In this document: positions 1 to 10,138 of the stretch, one piece after another
How the letters are laid out: each line of letters starts with the position of its first letter
Numbering within the stretch: the stretch's first letter is position 1
Assembly (NCBI GenBank): GCA_963674865.2
Contig: CAXXYE010000004.1
Span: forward strand, 192,001 to 256,000
Reading direction: 5' to 3'
DNA length: 64,000 nt
From: Candidatus Hydrogenedentota bacterium
Lineage (GTDB): Bacteria > Hydrogenedentota > Hydrogenedentia > Hydrogenedentales > SLHB01
The notes under the pieces: generated by a model
What the model was told of the DNA's origin: nothing
The model's input: only the letters and a program-made list of their open reading frames with translations
The model's database searches: none
Program-made: the position numbers and the translations under genes

Positions 1-1
1 T

Positions 2-61
2 ATCGAAGAGTCCACGCAGAAAGTCTTGGACTATCTACGTGAGCGGGGGGTCATCGGCTAA
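2..61 (+). CDS. 3' end of an upstream gene (partial), possibly adenylyl-sulfate kinase-like C-terminus
   Basis: Frame 2 reads IEESTQKVLDYLRERGVIG-stop, reminiscent of CysC C-termini; only 19 codons are visible. Confidence 0.35.
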   Translation: MEESTQKVLDYLRERGVIG

Positions 62-171
62 GAGCGGTGTCTGTCGGCGGGCAATGTCGTGCTCCTGCAG
101 GAACATCCGAAAGGGCGCCCGTGTTGCTCGAGCAACGTCTTCTCTCATGAACTCTTTGTCTACATAGGCCG

Positions 172-1794
172 GTGACGATGCCCCTCGACTTGAGTAGAGA
201 GACCCGGTTCAGCGGACTGCCTATCAGCCCGGGCGTCGCGTGTGGCCCGGTGTGTCTTTTCAACGACCGTCGCCACGCGCAGGTGCCCGAGCGCAGCGTC
301 GTGGATGAAGAGCGCGGGCGTGAGAAGATGCGCCTGAACGCGGCCATGCAAGTCGTGGCCGAGCAGTTGCATGGCGTCATTGAGGATGTGGCCCGCCGGG
401 TGGGGGCGGTTGAGGCGGGCATCTTTGCCGCGCAGCAGATGATTGTGGAGGACCCGGAACTCCGCAAAGAGATCCTCGAAGCCATCGAGGCGAAAGGCAG
501 AAACGCGGAACTGGCGGTAGCCGAGACCCTCGAACGCTACGAGGCCCGCATGCGCGAGTCGGGGCAGGAGCTCTTTCAGGAGCGCGCCGCCGATGTCCGG
601 GAGATAAAGCACCGGCTTCTGGGTGAACTAGGCGACATGGTTGCGGCCCTTCGGTGTGGTGACGCCGAACACTGCCAGCGCGGAAAAAACCGCGTCATCG
701 TTGCGGAGGAACTCACGCCCAGCCTGACGACGCTGATTGACGCCGAGCATACATTGGGATTCGTGACGGAGCGCGGCGGCGCCGCCTCCCATGCGGCCAT
801 CCTGGCGCGCGCGCTGGGCATTCCGGCGGTGAGTGGCGTGCCCGGAATCCACGATATGCTGCGCTGCGGCGTGCGCGTCTTGCTTGACGGCAACACGGGC
901 GAAGTGGTGGTTCAGCCTTCGCAGGAAACCATGCAGTCGCAGATGCCCGATGTCCGTGTTGGGCCGGCGCCTGGGGAGGTCGTGGGGCCCGTCGAAGGGC
1001 TCAAGGTGCTGGCCAACATAAGCCGGGCCGAAGACGTCGCCGGGGCGGTCGCGATGAAAGCCGAGGGAATCGGCCTATACCGGACGGAGTTCGAGTTTCT
1101 CGCGGCGGACAGGATCCTGACGGAGGATGAGCAGCACGGGAGATATGCGTCCGTCCTCGATGCGATGAAAGGGGCTCCGGTGTATTTCCGGTTGGCCGAT
1201 ATCGGCGGCGATAAGGCTGCCCCTTTCCTGGACCTGCCCGCTGAGGAAAATCCCTATCTCGGCTTCCGCGGGAGCAGACTGCTCCTGGGGCGGCCCGAGA
1301 TTCTAGAAACTCAGGCCCGCGCCCTGGCCCGGGCGGCCTCCGCGGGGCCGGTGTGCGTAGTCTATCCGATGGTCGTTGAACTCGATCAGTTTGTCGAGCT
1401 TAAGAAGCGTTTTGAGGCCGCCCTGCCGGGGCCTATGCCCTCCGACCTGAAGCACGGTGTGATGCTTGAAGTGCCGGGAGCGTGTCTCCAGGCAAGGCCG
1501 CTGCTCGAAGCCGCTGATTTCGGGACTATCGGCACCAATGACCTGATTCAGTACCTCTTCGCTGTCGACCGCAATAATGAGCTTGTTGCCGCCGATTACC
1601 ATGCGGATAGGCCGGTGTTCTGGGCCTTGCTGGCCGATGTCGCAAAGGCCGCGCAAGAGGCAGGCCGCCCACTGTCGGTATGTGGAGAGCTTGCAGGCAA
1701 GCCCGAGTATCTCACCAAGCTTATCCATATGGGTATCCGAAGCGTGAGTGTTAGCTCCAGGCTGATCCCGACACTTCGACGTTCGCTTGCTTGA
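172..1794 (+). CDS. ptsI: PEP-protein phosphotransferase (PTS enzyme I)
   Basis: SHAAILAR phospho-His motif, GIGLYRTEF, DIGGDK, ENPYLGFRG, IGTNDLIQY, SVCGELAG; start may be ATG 178. Confidence 0.95.
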   Translation: MTMPLDLSRETRFSGLPISPGVACGPVCLFNDRRHAQVPERSVVDEERGREKMRLNAAMQVVAEQLHGVIEDVARRVGAVEAGIFAAQQMIVEDPELRKEILEAIEAKGRNAELAVAETLERYEARMRESGQELFQERAADVREIKHRLLGELGDMVAALRCGDAEHCQRGKNRVIVAEELTPSLTTLIDAEHTLGFVTERGGAASHAAILARALGIPAVSGVPGIHDMLRCGVRVLLDGNTGEVVVQPSQETMQSQMPDVRVGPAPGEVVGPVEGLKVLANISRAEDVAGAVAMKAEGIGLYRTEFEFLAADRILTEDEQHGRYASVLDAMKGAPVYFRLADIGGDKAAPFLDLPAEENPYLGFRGSRLLLGRPEILETQARALARAASAGPVCVVYPMVVELDQFVELKKRFEAALPGPMPSDLKHGVMLEVPGACLQARPLLEAADFGTIGTNDLIQYLFAVDRNNELVAADYHADRPVFWALLADVAKAAQEAGRPLSVCGELAGKPEYLTKLIHMGIRSVSVSSRLIPTLRRSLA

Positions 1795-1925
1795 CGAACC
1801 CGTGCTCTGGGGCCATGAGCGTGCTGTACACCGCGTCTATTCGCCCCTGTGGAACGTTCCGCGCGGGCCTGCTATGATCCAAGCGAACGGGCGTCTCTTT
1901 GGAGGATCTCGTTGAGGGCCGTGTC

Positions 1926-2087
1926 ATGACGAAATACGTTTGTGATATCTGCGGCTGGGTGTACAATCCCGAGAAGGGCGATCCCGATGGCGGCATCCCG
2001 CCTGGAACCGTTTTCGAAGACCTTCCCCCCGACTGGCTCTGTCCGAAGTGTCTTGTGGGCAGAAACCGGTTCTCGCCCCTAGATTGA
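1926..2087 (+). CDS. rubredoxin
   Basis: [10 protein letters not shown]...[23 protein letters not shown] with two CxxC motifs; 53 aa from ATG 1926. Confidence 0.95.
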   Translation: MTKYVCDICGWVYNPEKGDPDGGIPPGTVFEDLPPDWLCPKCLVGRNRFSPLD

Positions 2088-2174
2088 CTTCACCGGGCCG
2101 GCTTCTTCGGTGGGTGTATCAGGGGGAATGTATAGCGTAGTCGTGGTGTTGGCCAACAGCAAAGGGAAAATGCC

Positions 2175-3665
2175 ATGTCCACCAAGACCACGCATGAGCC
2201 GGGCAAGACGCAGTTGAGCGTCGTCCTGGTGGGTGCTTCGGGGGACTTGGCCCGCAGAAAGATCCTACCCGCGCTCTTCGCCCTACACTGCCAAGGTTTT
2301 CTCCCGGAGCGGTTCCAGATCATCGGCTTCGCGAGAACGCCTCTGTCGGATGAAGCCTTTCGTACGAGAATAACCGAGCATCTGACTTGCCGCTATGCAC
2401 CTGGCGAGGCGTGCAAGCAGCGGATGGAGGAGTTTCTGCGGCGGTGTTACTACGTCTCGGGCCAGTACGGTTCGCGCGAATCGTTTGTGGACCTCTACGC
2501 TGTGATGCGTGGGCTGGAGCGGGCCCGCGAGGCCAACCGGCTCTTCTACATGGCCATTCCGCCGCGCCTTTTCTTTGACGTGTCGAAAGCCATTGGGGAC
2601 GCGGGATTGGTGGCCTGCGGGCCGGGGCCGGCTTGGTCGCGTGCAGTGATCGAAAAGCCCTTCGGCAGAGATAGGAGCACTTCGGACGCACTGGCGCGTA
2701 GCATGGGGCAGATCTTCTCGGAGGAGCAGATCTTCCGTATCGATCACTATCTGGGCAAGGCCCTTGTGCAGAACCTTCTCGTGCTGCGATTCGCCAATAC
2801 CCTATTCGAACCGACCTGGAATCGCCGGTACATCAGCGCGGTCGAGATCGTCTGGAAGGAAGGTATCGGCGTCGAGGGGCGAGGGGGCTATTTCGACGAA
2901 TACGGCATCATTCGCGATGTTGTTCAGAACCACCTCCTGCAGATACTGGCCCTGGTGGCCATGGAACCACCCCGGCGCGTGGATGCTAGACACGTGCGAG
3001 ATGAGAAGGTGAAGGTGCTACGCGCGATTCCGCCGGTAGGCCTTGCAGACCTTCTGGTAGGACAATATCAGCGGGCCACGGCGGGAGGCGTCACCCATCC
3101 GTCTTACACCGACGAGGAGTCCGTTCCGAACGATTCGCGCGCGGCGACGTATGCGGCCGCGGTGCTGCGTATCGAGAACGAACGGTGGCAAGGCGTGCCG
3201 TTTCTGGTGCAAGCAGGCAAAGGGTTGGACGAAAAGCTTACGGAAGTGCGTATTCATTTCCGGCCTGCCGAGGGCGGCATCTTCTGCGGTGAGGAGTCTT
3301 GTCCCCCAAAGAACCAGCTCGTGATCCGGATTCAGCCGGACGAGGCCATTGCGCTTCGCGTCGTGAACAAAGTCCCCGATCTCGGCATGCGTCTGAGCCA
3401 GGCCGAGCTGGAGCTTCCTTATGCATCCGCCTTTGGTGATGACATCCCCGAAGCATACGAGTGTCTGCTCCTCGATGTCCTCGAGGGAGACAAGAGCTTG
3501 TTTATCCGTTCTGATGAGCTTGAGGCGGCGTGGAACGTCGTTACGCCGGTGCTCCACGAGATGGATGATTCGGGAATCCAGCCGGTGCCGTATGCTTTCG
3601 GCGCCATGGGGCCCGAGGGGATTCAGGCCATGGCGGACAGGTGCGGAATCGAGTTGGCCAACTGA
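2175..3665 (+). CDS. zwf: glucose-6-phosphate 1-dehydrogenase
   Basis: GASGDLARRK, EKPFG, RIDHYLGK, GGYFDEYGIIRDVVQNHL. Confidence 0.97.
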   Translation: MSTKTTHEPGKTQLSVVLVGASGDLARRKILPALFALHCQGFLPERFQIIGFARTPLSDEAFRTRITEHLTCRYAPGEACKQRMEEFLRRCYYVSGQYGSRESFVDLYAVMRGLERAREANRLFYMAIPPRLFFDVSKAIGDAGLVACGPGPAWSRAVIEKPFGRDRSTSDALARSMGQIFSEEQIFRIDHYLGKALVQNLLVLRFANTLFEPTWNRRYISAVEIVWKEGIGVEGRGGYFDEYGIIRDVVQNHLLQILALVAMEPPRRVDARHVRDEKVKVLRAIPPVGLADLLVGQYQRATAGGVTHPSYTDEESVPNDSRAATYAAAVLRIENERWQGVPFLVQAGKGLDEKLTEVRIHFRPAEGGIFCGEESCPPKNQLVIRIQPDEAIALRVVNKVPDLGMRLSQAELELPYASAFGDDIPEAYECLLLDVLEGDKSLFIRSDELEAAWNVVTPVLHEMDDSGIQPVPYAFGAMGPEGIQAMADRCGIELAN

Positions 3666-4023
3666 GGTGCGGTCGTTTTGGCCGAGAAGGTTCTAGGAAC
3701 GGAATGATGCATAATGGTTGGGCCTTTCGGGAACAATTGCATTACAGGGAGCGTTGACTAAGGGGATTCGCGGAGCCGCGAGCATGGCGGGGCATAACCT
3801 GGGAAAGAACGAAAGACAACAGTGTGAGGGGGGCAATGGGCTTGTCTAGCCAGAGTCCCGAGGCGGCTCTGGCGGATGCAGATTGCTGTATGTGGTCTTC
3901 GATCCCGCAATGATGTATGCGGCGCGGATCTTAAGAGCTTCTGTTTGTGACGCCTGAAAAGGCTGTTCGTTTCCTGAGATGGTGGATCTGTCGGTCTTGC
4001 CGACCAATGCAGAGGAGAGAACA

Positions 4024-4401
4024 ATGGCGCAGCGACTCCAGTTATACAAGTGCGAGGTTTGCGGGCACATAGTGATGGTGTTCCACGGCGGCGGCGGCAC
4101 CCTGACGTGCTGCAAACAGCCGATGAAGGCTTTGGCCGAGAACACCACCGACGCCGCCCAGGAGAAACACGTCCCGGTTGTCGAGAAGGTCGAGGGCGGA
4201 TACAAGGTCAAGGTAGGGAGCGTGGCTCACCCCATGGAGGCGAACCACTACATTGAGTGGATCGAGTTGCTGACGGAAGACACCATGTCCTGCCGCTTCC
4301 TGAAGCCTGAGGAAACGCCCGAGGCAGTGTTCAAGAGCGACGCCGAGAAGGTCCACGCCCGCGAGTATTGCAGCGTGCATGGTTATTGGAAAGGAGAATG
4401 A
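4024..4401 (+). CDS. dfx: desulfoferrodoxin (class I superoxide reductase)
   Basis: CEVCG...CCKQPM desulforedoxin domain; EKHVP, HPM, HYIEW, CSVHG; GAGGAG RBS before ATG 4024. Confidence 0.95.
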   Translation: MAQRLQLYKCEVCGHIVMVFHGGGGTLTCCKQPMKALAENTTDAAQEKHVPVVEKVEGGYKVKVGSVAHPMEANHYIEWIELLTEDTMSCRFLKPEETPEAVFKSDAEKVHAREYCSVHGYWKGE

Positions 4402-4904
4402 CTATGTTGAAGAAGAAGATCCAGAAGGCTTTCAACGATCAGATCAATGCGGAACTCTATTCGTCCTACCTGTACCTTTCCATGGCGGCCTATTTTGAAG
4501 GCATTAATCTAAGCGGCGCCGCCGGTTGGTTCAAAGTACAGGCTCAGGAAGAAGCCGGCCACGCCATGAAGTTCTTCAACTTCATTTTTGAGCGTGGGGG
4601 AGAAGTGACGCTGGGCGCCATCGAAGGGCCGAAGACGAAGTGGGCCTCGCCGCTCGCGGCCTTCAAGGATGCCTACGCCCATGAGTGCAAGGTGACGGCC
4701 CTCATCAACAAGCTCGTTGACCTGGCCGACCAGGAGAAGGACCACGCATCCCACGCGTTCCTGCAATGGTTTGTCTCGGAGCAGGTGGAAGAGGAAGCCA
4801 CGGTGGACGGCATCGTCAAGAAGCTTGAGCTTATGGCGGATGCCCCCGGCGCCTTGTTCATGCTCGACCGGGCGCTTGCCCAGCGTGGCGCAGGCGGCGA
4901 ATAG
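4398..4904 (+). CDS. ftnA: non-heme ferritin
   Basis: [43 protein letters not shown] overlap with dfx; alternative start 4404. Confidence 0.93.
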   Translation: MTMLKKKIQKAFNDQINAELYSSYLYLSMAAYFEGINLSGAAGWFKVQAQEEAGHAMKFFNFIFERGGEVTLGAIEGPKTKWASPLAAFKDAYAHECKVTALINKLVDLADQEKDHASHAFLQWFVSEQVEEEATVDGIVKKLELMADAPGALFMLDRALAQRGAGGE

Positions 4905-4944
4905 GGGCCATACAGTCAGAGCGGACGGAGTCGATGAAGACCTA

Positions 4945-4962
4945 CCGCGCCGATAGGCGCGG
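4945..4962 (+). other. GC hairpin between ferritin and the rubrerythrin-like gene
   Basis: CCGCGCC-GATA-GGCGCGG perfect 7-bp stem, no U-tract. Confidence 0.4.
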
Positions 4963-4998
4963 GCAGTCCGTAATCGCCGTTGCCTGAGGAGAAGCTCA

Positions 4999-5478
4999 AT
5001 GGGTGTTGTATTCAACGCGGATGAAATCTTTGAGGTTGCGAAACAGATCGAGCGAAACGGCGCGGCGTTCTACCGAAAGGCCGCGGCAGGGTCGGAGGAC
5101 GAGCAACACAAGAAGCTGCTCCTCGGACTTGCTGAGATGGAAGTGAACCACGAGCAGACTTTTGCGGAGCTTCAGGCGGAACTCGGTACCAGCGGGGCGA
5201 CCTACGACCCGGAAGACGACGCCGTCCGGTACTTGCAGGCTTTTGCCGGCGGCCAGGTGTTCTCGACGTCGAGCGACCCTTGTGATTTCCTGGAAACGCA
5301 GCGTGACATCGTTGCCGTGCTCAAGAAGGCCATCGAACTCGAAAAGGATTCGGTGACTTTCTACGTGGGCATCCGGAACATGGTGCCGGCCGACCTTGGA
5401 AACGAAAAAGTCGACCAGATTATCCGAGAGGAAATGGGCCATATCACGCTTCTAACCCGACAGCTCGATAACGTCTGA
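4999..5478 (+). CDS. rubrerythrin-like ferritin-family diiron protein
   Basis: EIFEVAKQIERNGAAFY, LAEMEVNHE, AIELEKDSVTFY, IIREEMGH (two E...ExxH sets). Confidence 0.88.
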   Translation: MGVVFNADEIFEVAKQIERNGAAFYRKAAAGSEDEQHKKLLLGLAEMEVNHEQTFAELQAELGTSGATYDPEDDAVRYLQAFAGGQVFSTSSDPCDFLETQRDIVAVLKKAIELEKDSVTFYVGIRNMVPADLGNEKVDQIIREEMGHITLLTRQLDNV

Positions 5479-5670
5479 TTGCTACGCGTCGCTGTCGGCA
5501 GGGCGCTGACAGGTGGCACATAGAAGGATATGGGCGGTTGTAGTCTCTCGACTGCATCCGCCCTTCTTCTTTGCGGGGGTGCGCCATAAGGCGCTGCAAA
5601 TAAATGGGATGCGTCCTTTATTCTCGCCCAGTGAACGTGAGCAGGGGGACGTCATGGCGGTGCCTATATA

Positions 5671-5699
5671 ATTTGTGTTAGAATGATTCTTACACAATT
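5671..5699. promoter_or_regulatory. AT-rich imperfect palindrome, candidate MarR operator
   Basis: ATTTGTGTTAGAAT-G-ATTCTTACACAATT, 12/14 complementary, immediately upstream of marR. Confidence 0.55.
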
Positions 5700-5702
5700 A
5701 AT

Positions 5703-6281
5703 TTGTACACAAAGGAGTTGTCTGCCGTGTGCACCACCGAAAACCTGAACGCTGCTCCTTGCGACGAAGAGCGCGACATTTTCTTCGAGACTTACGGCTT
5801 GCGCATTCTCAGAGCCTTGCGGCGCATTATTCAGGCGGTTGACATCCATTCACGCCGGCTAAACACGGAACATAAGGTAACGGCTCCGCAGATGCTCTGT
5901 CTGTATTCGTTGGCCCGTGAGGGCACCATGACGCTCTCCGACCTGGCGAAACAGGTAAATCTCGGCACGAGCACGGTCAACGGTATCGTCGACCGGCTCG
6001 AGGCGAAGGGATGGGCCAAGCGTAACAGGAGCGACGCAGACAGGCGCAGAGTGTATGTGCAGCTAACGGAGCCCGGGCGGGAACTGACGCGGAAGGCCCC
6101 TTCTTTGCTTCAGGATCGCTTTTCGGAGGCCTTCCGCAGGTTGCCGGAACTCGAGCAGGCAGCTATCGCACTCTCGCTGGAAAGGGTGGTCGAACTCATG
6201 GCTGCCGGGCACATCGACGCATCGCCTAATCTATTGCCCACCGGCGACTTAGGCGATCCACACGGAGAGAGGACACCATGA
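5703..6281 (+). CDS. MarR-family regulator (EctR/CosR-like)
   Basis: [18 protein letters not shown], w[27 protein letters not shown]; start uncertain (TTG 5703 or later). Confidence 0.88.
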   Translation: MYTKELSAVCTTENLNAAPCDEERDIFFETYGLRILRALRRIIQAVDIHSRRLNTEHKVTAPQMLCLYSLAREGTMTLSDLAKQVNLGTSTVNGIVDRLEAKGWAKRNRSDADRRRVYVQLTEPGRELTRKAPSLLQDRFSEAFRRLPELEQAAIALSLERVVELMAAGHIDASPNLLPTGDLGDPHGERTP

Positions 6282-7582
6282 CCCTATCAAACACTGAACG
6301 ACAGATCATTCATGCCATAGATGAGGATGCCGCCGTTTCGCGATGGCGCGACTGGCGGTGGCAGATGAGCCATTGTGTGCGGAACCTCGACGCGTTCGAG
6401 AAGGTACTTGGCATTCGCCTTGGCGAGCAGCAGCGGGAGGATTTCAGCCGCACGGTGCGGAAGTTCCCTATGTCGGTGACGCCATACTACCTGTCTCTGA
6501 TCGATACAGACGATGTCGAGAACGACCCCGTCTTCCGGCAATCCTTTCCATCGGCTCTCGAACTGCGGGTGATGCGGTGTGACATGGCCGATCCGCTTCA
6601 TGAGGACAGAGACAGCCCGGTTCCGGGAGTGACGCACCGCTATCCTGACCGCGTACTCCTTCTGGTGAGCAATACCTGCGCCATGTATTGCCGGCATTGT
6701 ACGCGGAAACGCCGAGTCGGCGATCAAGACAGCATCCCCGACCGCGCGGAGATCGCCAAGGGAATCGACTATATCCGCAGGACGCCGCGCGTGCGCGACG
6801 TTCTCCTGAGCGGAGGGGACCCGCTTCTGCTCTCTGACGGATACTTGGACTGGATTCTGACGGAACTGCGCTCCATCGAGCACGTCGAAGTCATACGCAT
6901 CGGTACGCGGATGCCGGTGGTGCTTCCTTATCGGATCACGGATGAACTCGTTACGATGCTCAGGAAGCACCATCCAATCTGGATCAATACCCAGTTCAAC
7001 CATCCGCGTGAGCTGACCCAATCCTCCCGGCGGGCCCTGGCGAAACTTGCCGACGCGGGGATTCCCCTCGGCAACCAATCCGTCTTGCTGGCGGGAGTCA
7101 ATGACTGCCCGCGGATTGCCCGCGCGCTGGTACACAAACTGGTGGCCAACCGCGTTCGCCCCTATTATCTGTATCAGTGCGACCTCTCCGAGGGCCTTTC
7201 GCATTTCCGCACGCCTGTGGGCAAAGGCATTGAGATTCTCGAAAGCCTGATAGGCCATACGAGCGGCTTCTGTGTTCCGACGTACGTTATCGACGCCCCA
7301 GGCGGGGGCGGGAAGATTCCGATCATGCCCAACTACCTCGTCTCTTGGTCCACCAATAAGGTGGTTCTGCGCAATTACGAGGGCGTGATCACGACTTACA
7401 AGGAACCGGACTCGTACGAGCCCATCTTCTGCGATCGCAACTGCGAGGCCTGCGATTTGCAGCTCAAGTTGGGCGACGCCGAGGAACACAAGGCCCTCGG
7501 TATTGAGATGCTTCTGGCCGACCATACCAAGACCATATCGCTCGTTCCGGCCAACAACGAGCGCCACGCCCGCCGCGATTAG
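6278..7582 (+). CDS. ablA: lysine 2,3-aminomutase
   Basis: HRYPDRVL, radical [14 protein letters not shown] lysine in [10 protein letters not shown]-terminal CDRNCEAC; clustered with ablB. Confidence 0.95.
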   Translation: MTLSNTERQIIHAIDEDAAVSRWRDWRWQMSHCVRNLDAFEKVLGIRLGEQQREDFSRTVRKFPMSVTPYYLSLIDTDDVENDPVFRQSFPSALELRVMRCDMADPLHEDRDSPVPGVTHRYPDRVLLLVSNTCAMYCRHCTRKRRVGDQDSIPDRAEIAKGIDYIRRTPRVRDVLLSGGDPLLLSDGYLDWILTELRSIEHVEVIRIGTRMPVVLPYRITDELVTMLRKHHPIWINTQFNHPRELTQSSRRALAKLADAGIPLGNQSVLLAGVNDCPRIARALVHKLVANRVRPYYLYQCDLSEGLSHFRTPVGKGIEILESLIGHTSGFCVPTYVIDAPGGGGKIPIMPNYLVSWSTNKVVLRNYEGVITTYKEPDSYEPIFCDRNCEACDLQLKLGDAEEHKALGIEMLLADHTKTISLVPANNERHARRD

Positions 7583-7601
7583 CCCCCGAAAGGACGGATG
7601 C

Positions 7602-9074
7602 ATGAGCCTCCTCGACTACGCGATATTCGGACTCTACATGGCCACCGTACTTGCCATCGGCATTTACCATTTCCGGAAGAACAAAGACACTGAAGACTAC
7701 TATGTGGGCAGTCGCTCCGTGAAGGCCCACCATGTGGGCCTGTCGATTGTCGCCACCGACGTGGGAGGCGGCTTCTCGATAGGACTTGGCGGCGTAGGCT
7801 TCGCCATGGGCCTGGCGGGAAGTTGGCTGCTCTTTACCGGGCTGGTAGGCGCCTGGCTCTCCGCTGTCTTCATCATCCCCCGCATCAAACGAATCGATGC
7901 CAAGCTCGGGATGATGACCTACCCCGATTTTCTCCGCCATCGCTACGATGGCAAGGTGGCCGTGGTGGCGGCCTTAATCTCCGGCATCGGCTATCTCGGC
8001 TTCACCGGCGCCCAGATGCTCGCCGGGGCGAAACTCGCATCCGGCACTATCCTGCCCGAAAACCCCTTTGGCATGGACCCGCTTCTTTTCGCGCTACTCG
8101 TGATCGCGGCGATCACGGTTCTTTACACCGTCATAGGTGGACTCAAGGCAGTGATCTACACCGACACCGTCCAATGGATCATCCTTCTGGCCGGACTTAT
8201 TCTCGTCACGATACCGGTGACTTTCGTCAAGATTGGCGGATGGGCGGGATTGCGTGATTCACTTCCGGCAGAGCATTTCAGCCTCACGAACATCAGCTTG
8301 GTGACCTTCGTTAACTGGATGGTGACCATCATTCCCATCTGGCTGATCGGCATGACCCTGTATCAAAGGATGTACGCATGCAAGAACGAGAAGGAGGCCA
8401 AGCGGGCGTGGTACCTCGCGGGCGTGTTCGAGTATCCGGTGATGGCCTTCACGGGCGTCTTCCTAGGCATGTGCGCGCGGGTGGTTTTTCCCGAGGCGGA
8501 GTCAGAAATGGCCTTGCCCATGCTCATCCGCGACATTCTTCCCATGGGCGTGACGGGCATCGTGATTGCTTCCTATTTCTCGGCCATTATGTCTACAGCC
8601 GACAGTTGCATGATGGCCTCGTCCGGGAACTTCCTCAACGACCTGATCGAGCGATACTGCTTTCGCCGCACCTTGACGGCGAAACAATCGATCCGGTTGT
8701 CCATGATCGTCACGCTGGTTGTCGGCTGCCTGGCCGTCCTGCTGGCCGCACAGTTCAACACGGTGCTGGACGCCATCCTCTATGCGTACGCCTTCATGGT
8801 GTCGGGACTCTTCATCCCGACGCTCGGGGCGTACTTCTGGCGTCGAGGCACTTCGGCCGGGGCGCTCGCGGGCATGCTTGGGGGCGGCGTGCTGACCCTC
8901 CTCCTGCTTACGAAGGTCCTCCACCTTCCGCCGGCAATGGCCGCCTGGAAACTTGATGCCAGTCTTTACGGCATTGCTCTCTCGGGACTGCTCTACGTAT
9001 CGGTGTCTTATCTTCTTCCACAATCCGAGCAAGAGCGGCAGGCCATTTCTGCGGACGCCGTGGAGGAGGAATGA
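7602..9074 (+). CDS. sodium:solute symporter family protein
   Basis: [34 protein letters not shown]; about 13 hydrophobic segments. Confidence 0.92.
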   Translation: MSLLDYAIFGLYMATVLAIGIYHFRKNKDTEDYYVGSRSVKAHHVGLSIVATDVGGGFSIGLGGVGFAMGLAGSWLLFTGLVGAWLSAVFIIPRIKRIDAKLGMMTYPDFLRHRYDGKVAVVAALISGIGYLGFTGAQMLAGAKLASGTILPENPFGMDPLLFALLVIAAITVLYTVIGGLKAVIYTDTVQWIILLAGLILVTIPVTFVKIGGWAGLRDSLPAEHFSLTNISLVTFVNWMVTIIPIWLIGMTLYQRMYACKNEKEAKRAWYLAGVFEYPVMAFTGVFLGMCARVVFPEAESEMALPMLIRDILPMGVTGIVIASYFSAIMSTADSCMMASSGNFLNDLIERYCFRRTLTAKQSIRLSMIVTLVVGCLAVLLAAQFNTVLDAILYAYAFMVSGLFIPTLGAYFWRRGTSAGALAGMLGGGVLTLLLLTKVLHLPPAMAAWKLDASLYGIALSGLLYVSVSYLLPQSEQERQAISADAVEEE

Positions 9075-9937
9075 CACGCATGAGTAGCCCGCACAGACAA
9101 CTTGACACGATGGAAGATTTCCACGGCGCCGTCATCCAGCACGGCCGCTTGAGTGATCGCATTTACCTCATGAAGGTCGGTCAGGCGCACCCGGAAGAAC
9201 TGATCCCGGCCCTTGCCGAACTCGCCGCCCGCGAGGACTACACGAAGATCTTCGCCAAGGTGCCGGCCCACGTGGCGGCACCCTTCCTGGAAGCAGGCTA
9301 CCGGCAAGAGGCGAAGGTCCCCTTGTTCTACAACGGCCGGGAGGATGGCCTTTTCCTCGCGGACTACCTGGGCGAAGAACGTGGAAGCGAGGTCGAATCG
9401 GACAAGCTCGGGGAAATCGTGAACCTGGCGCGTTCCAAGAGCGGCGAAGGCGTGACGGGAGAGCTGCTTGCAAATGCCGCCCTCTGCCTGTGTGGCCCTG
9501 AGGATACCGCCGCCATGAGCGAGATCTATCAGACCGTATTCGCCTCCTATCCATTCCCCATTGACGACCCGGCGTATCTCGAAGAGACGATGCGCTCGCA
9601 TGTCGTCTATTTCGGTGTGAAGGTGGCTGGGCAGTGGGTGGCTTTGTCCTCCGCGGAGATGGACGAGGCCCATGCCAATGTGGAAATGACGGACTTCGCC
9701 ACCTTGCCCGATTGGCGGGGACACGGCTTCGCTGCGCACCTGCTGGCCGAAATGGAAACGGCCATGAAGGAGCGGGGGATAAAGACCTCCTTCACTATTG
9801 CCCGGGCCGTTTCACCTGGGATGAACATCACCTTCGCCAAGCTGGACTATGAATTCGGGGGCCGCCTGGTAAACAACACCAACATCGCCGGGCGAATCGA
9901 GAGCATGAACATCTGGCATAAGCCCCTGACGCCGTAA
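9071..9937 (+). CDS. ablB: beta-lysine N-acetyltransferase (GNAT)
   Basis: [63 protein letters not shown]. Confidence 0.92.
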   Translation: MTRMSSPHRQLDTMEDFHGAVIQHGRLSDRIYLMKVGQAHPEELIPALAELAAREDYTKIFAKVPAHVAAPFLEAGYRQEAKVPLFYNGREDGLFLADYLGEERGSEVESDKLGEIVNLARSKSGEGVTGELLANAALCLCGPEDTAAMSEIYQTVFASYPFPIDDPAYLEETMRSHVVYFGVKVAGQWVALSSAEMDEAHANVEMTDFATLPDWRGHGFAAHLLAEMETAMKERGIKTSFTIARAVSPGMNITFAKLDYEFGGRLVNNTNIAGRIESMNIWHKPLTP

Positions 9938-10138
9938 GCGCTTCATCGGTCAGGGAAGGCGGTGCGTGCCCTCATTGACAAGACACCTCAGATGCGCCCT
10001 GCGAGCGGCGAAACCCCATATAAGGCTTTTCTCTCTTCATTGCGCTGCTTGTAAGCCATAGTTATCTCTTGATTTACAGAGCGCGTCATCTTCGGCACGG
10101 AAACTGCTCCTTGCTTTGCCATGTGGAGTTGTTCCCAT

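Noticed and set aside
3700..3745. Possible Fur/PerR box upstream of dfx
   Set aside because: AATGATGCATAAT matches the consensus too weakly and is far from the start codon
4920..4975. Possible ribozyme or riboswitch between ferritin and the rubrerythrin-like gene
   Set aside because: Hairpin present, but no CUGAUGA/GAAA core or other recognisable family motif
6287..7603. 438-aa antisense ORF over ablA
   Set aside because: Shadow ORF from high-GC codon bias; no motifs
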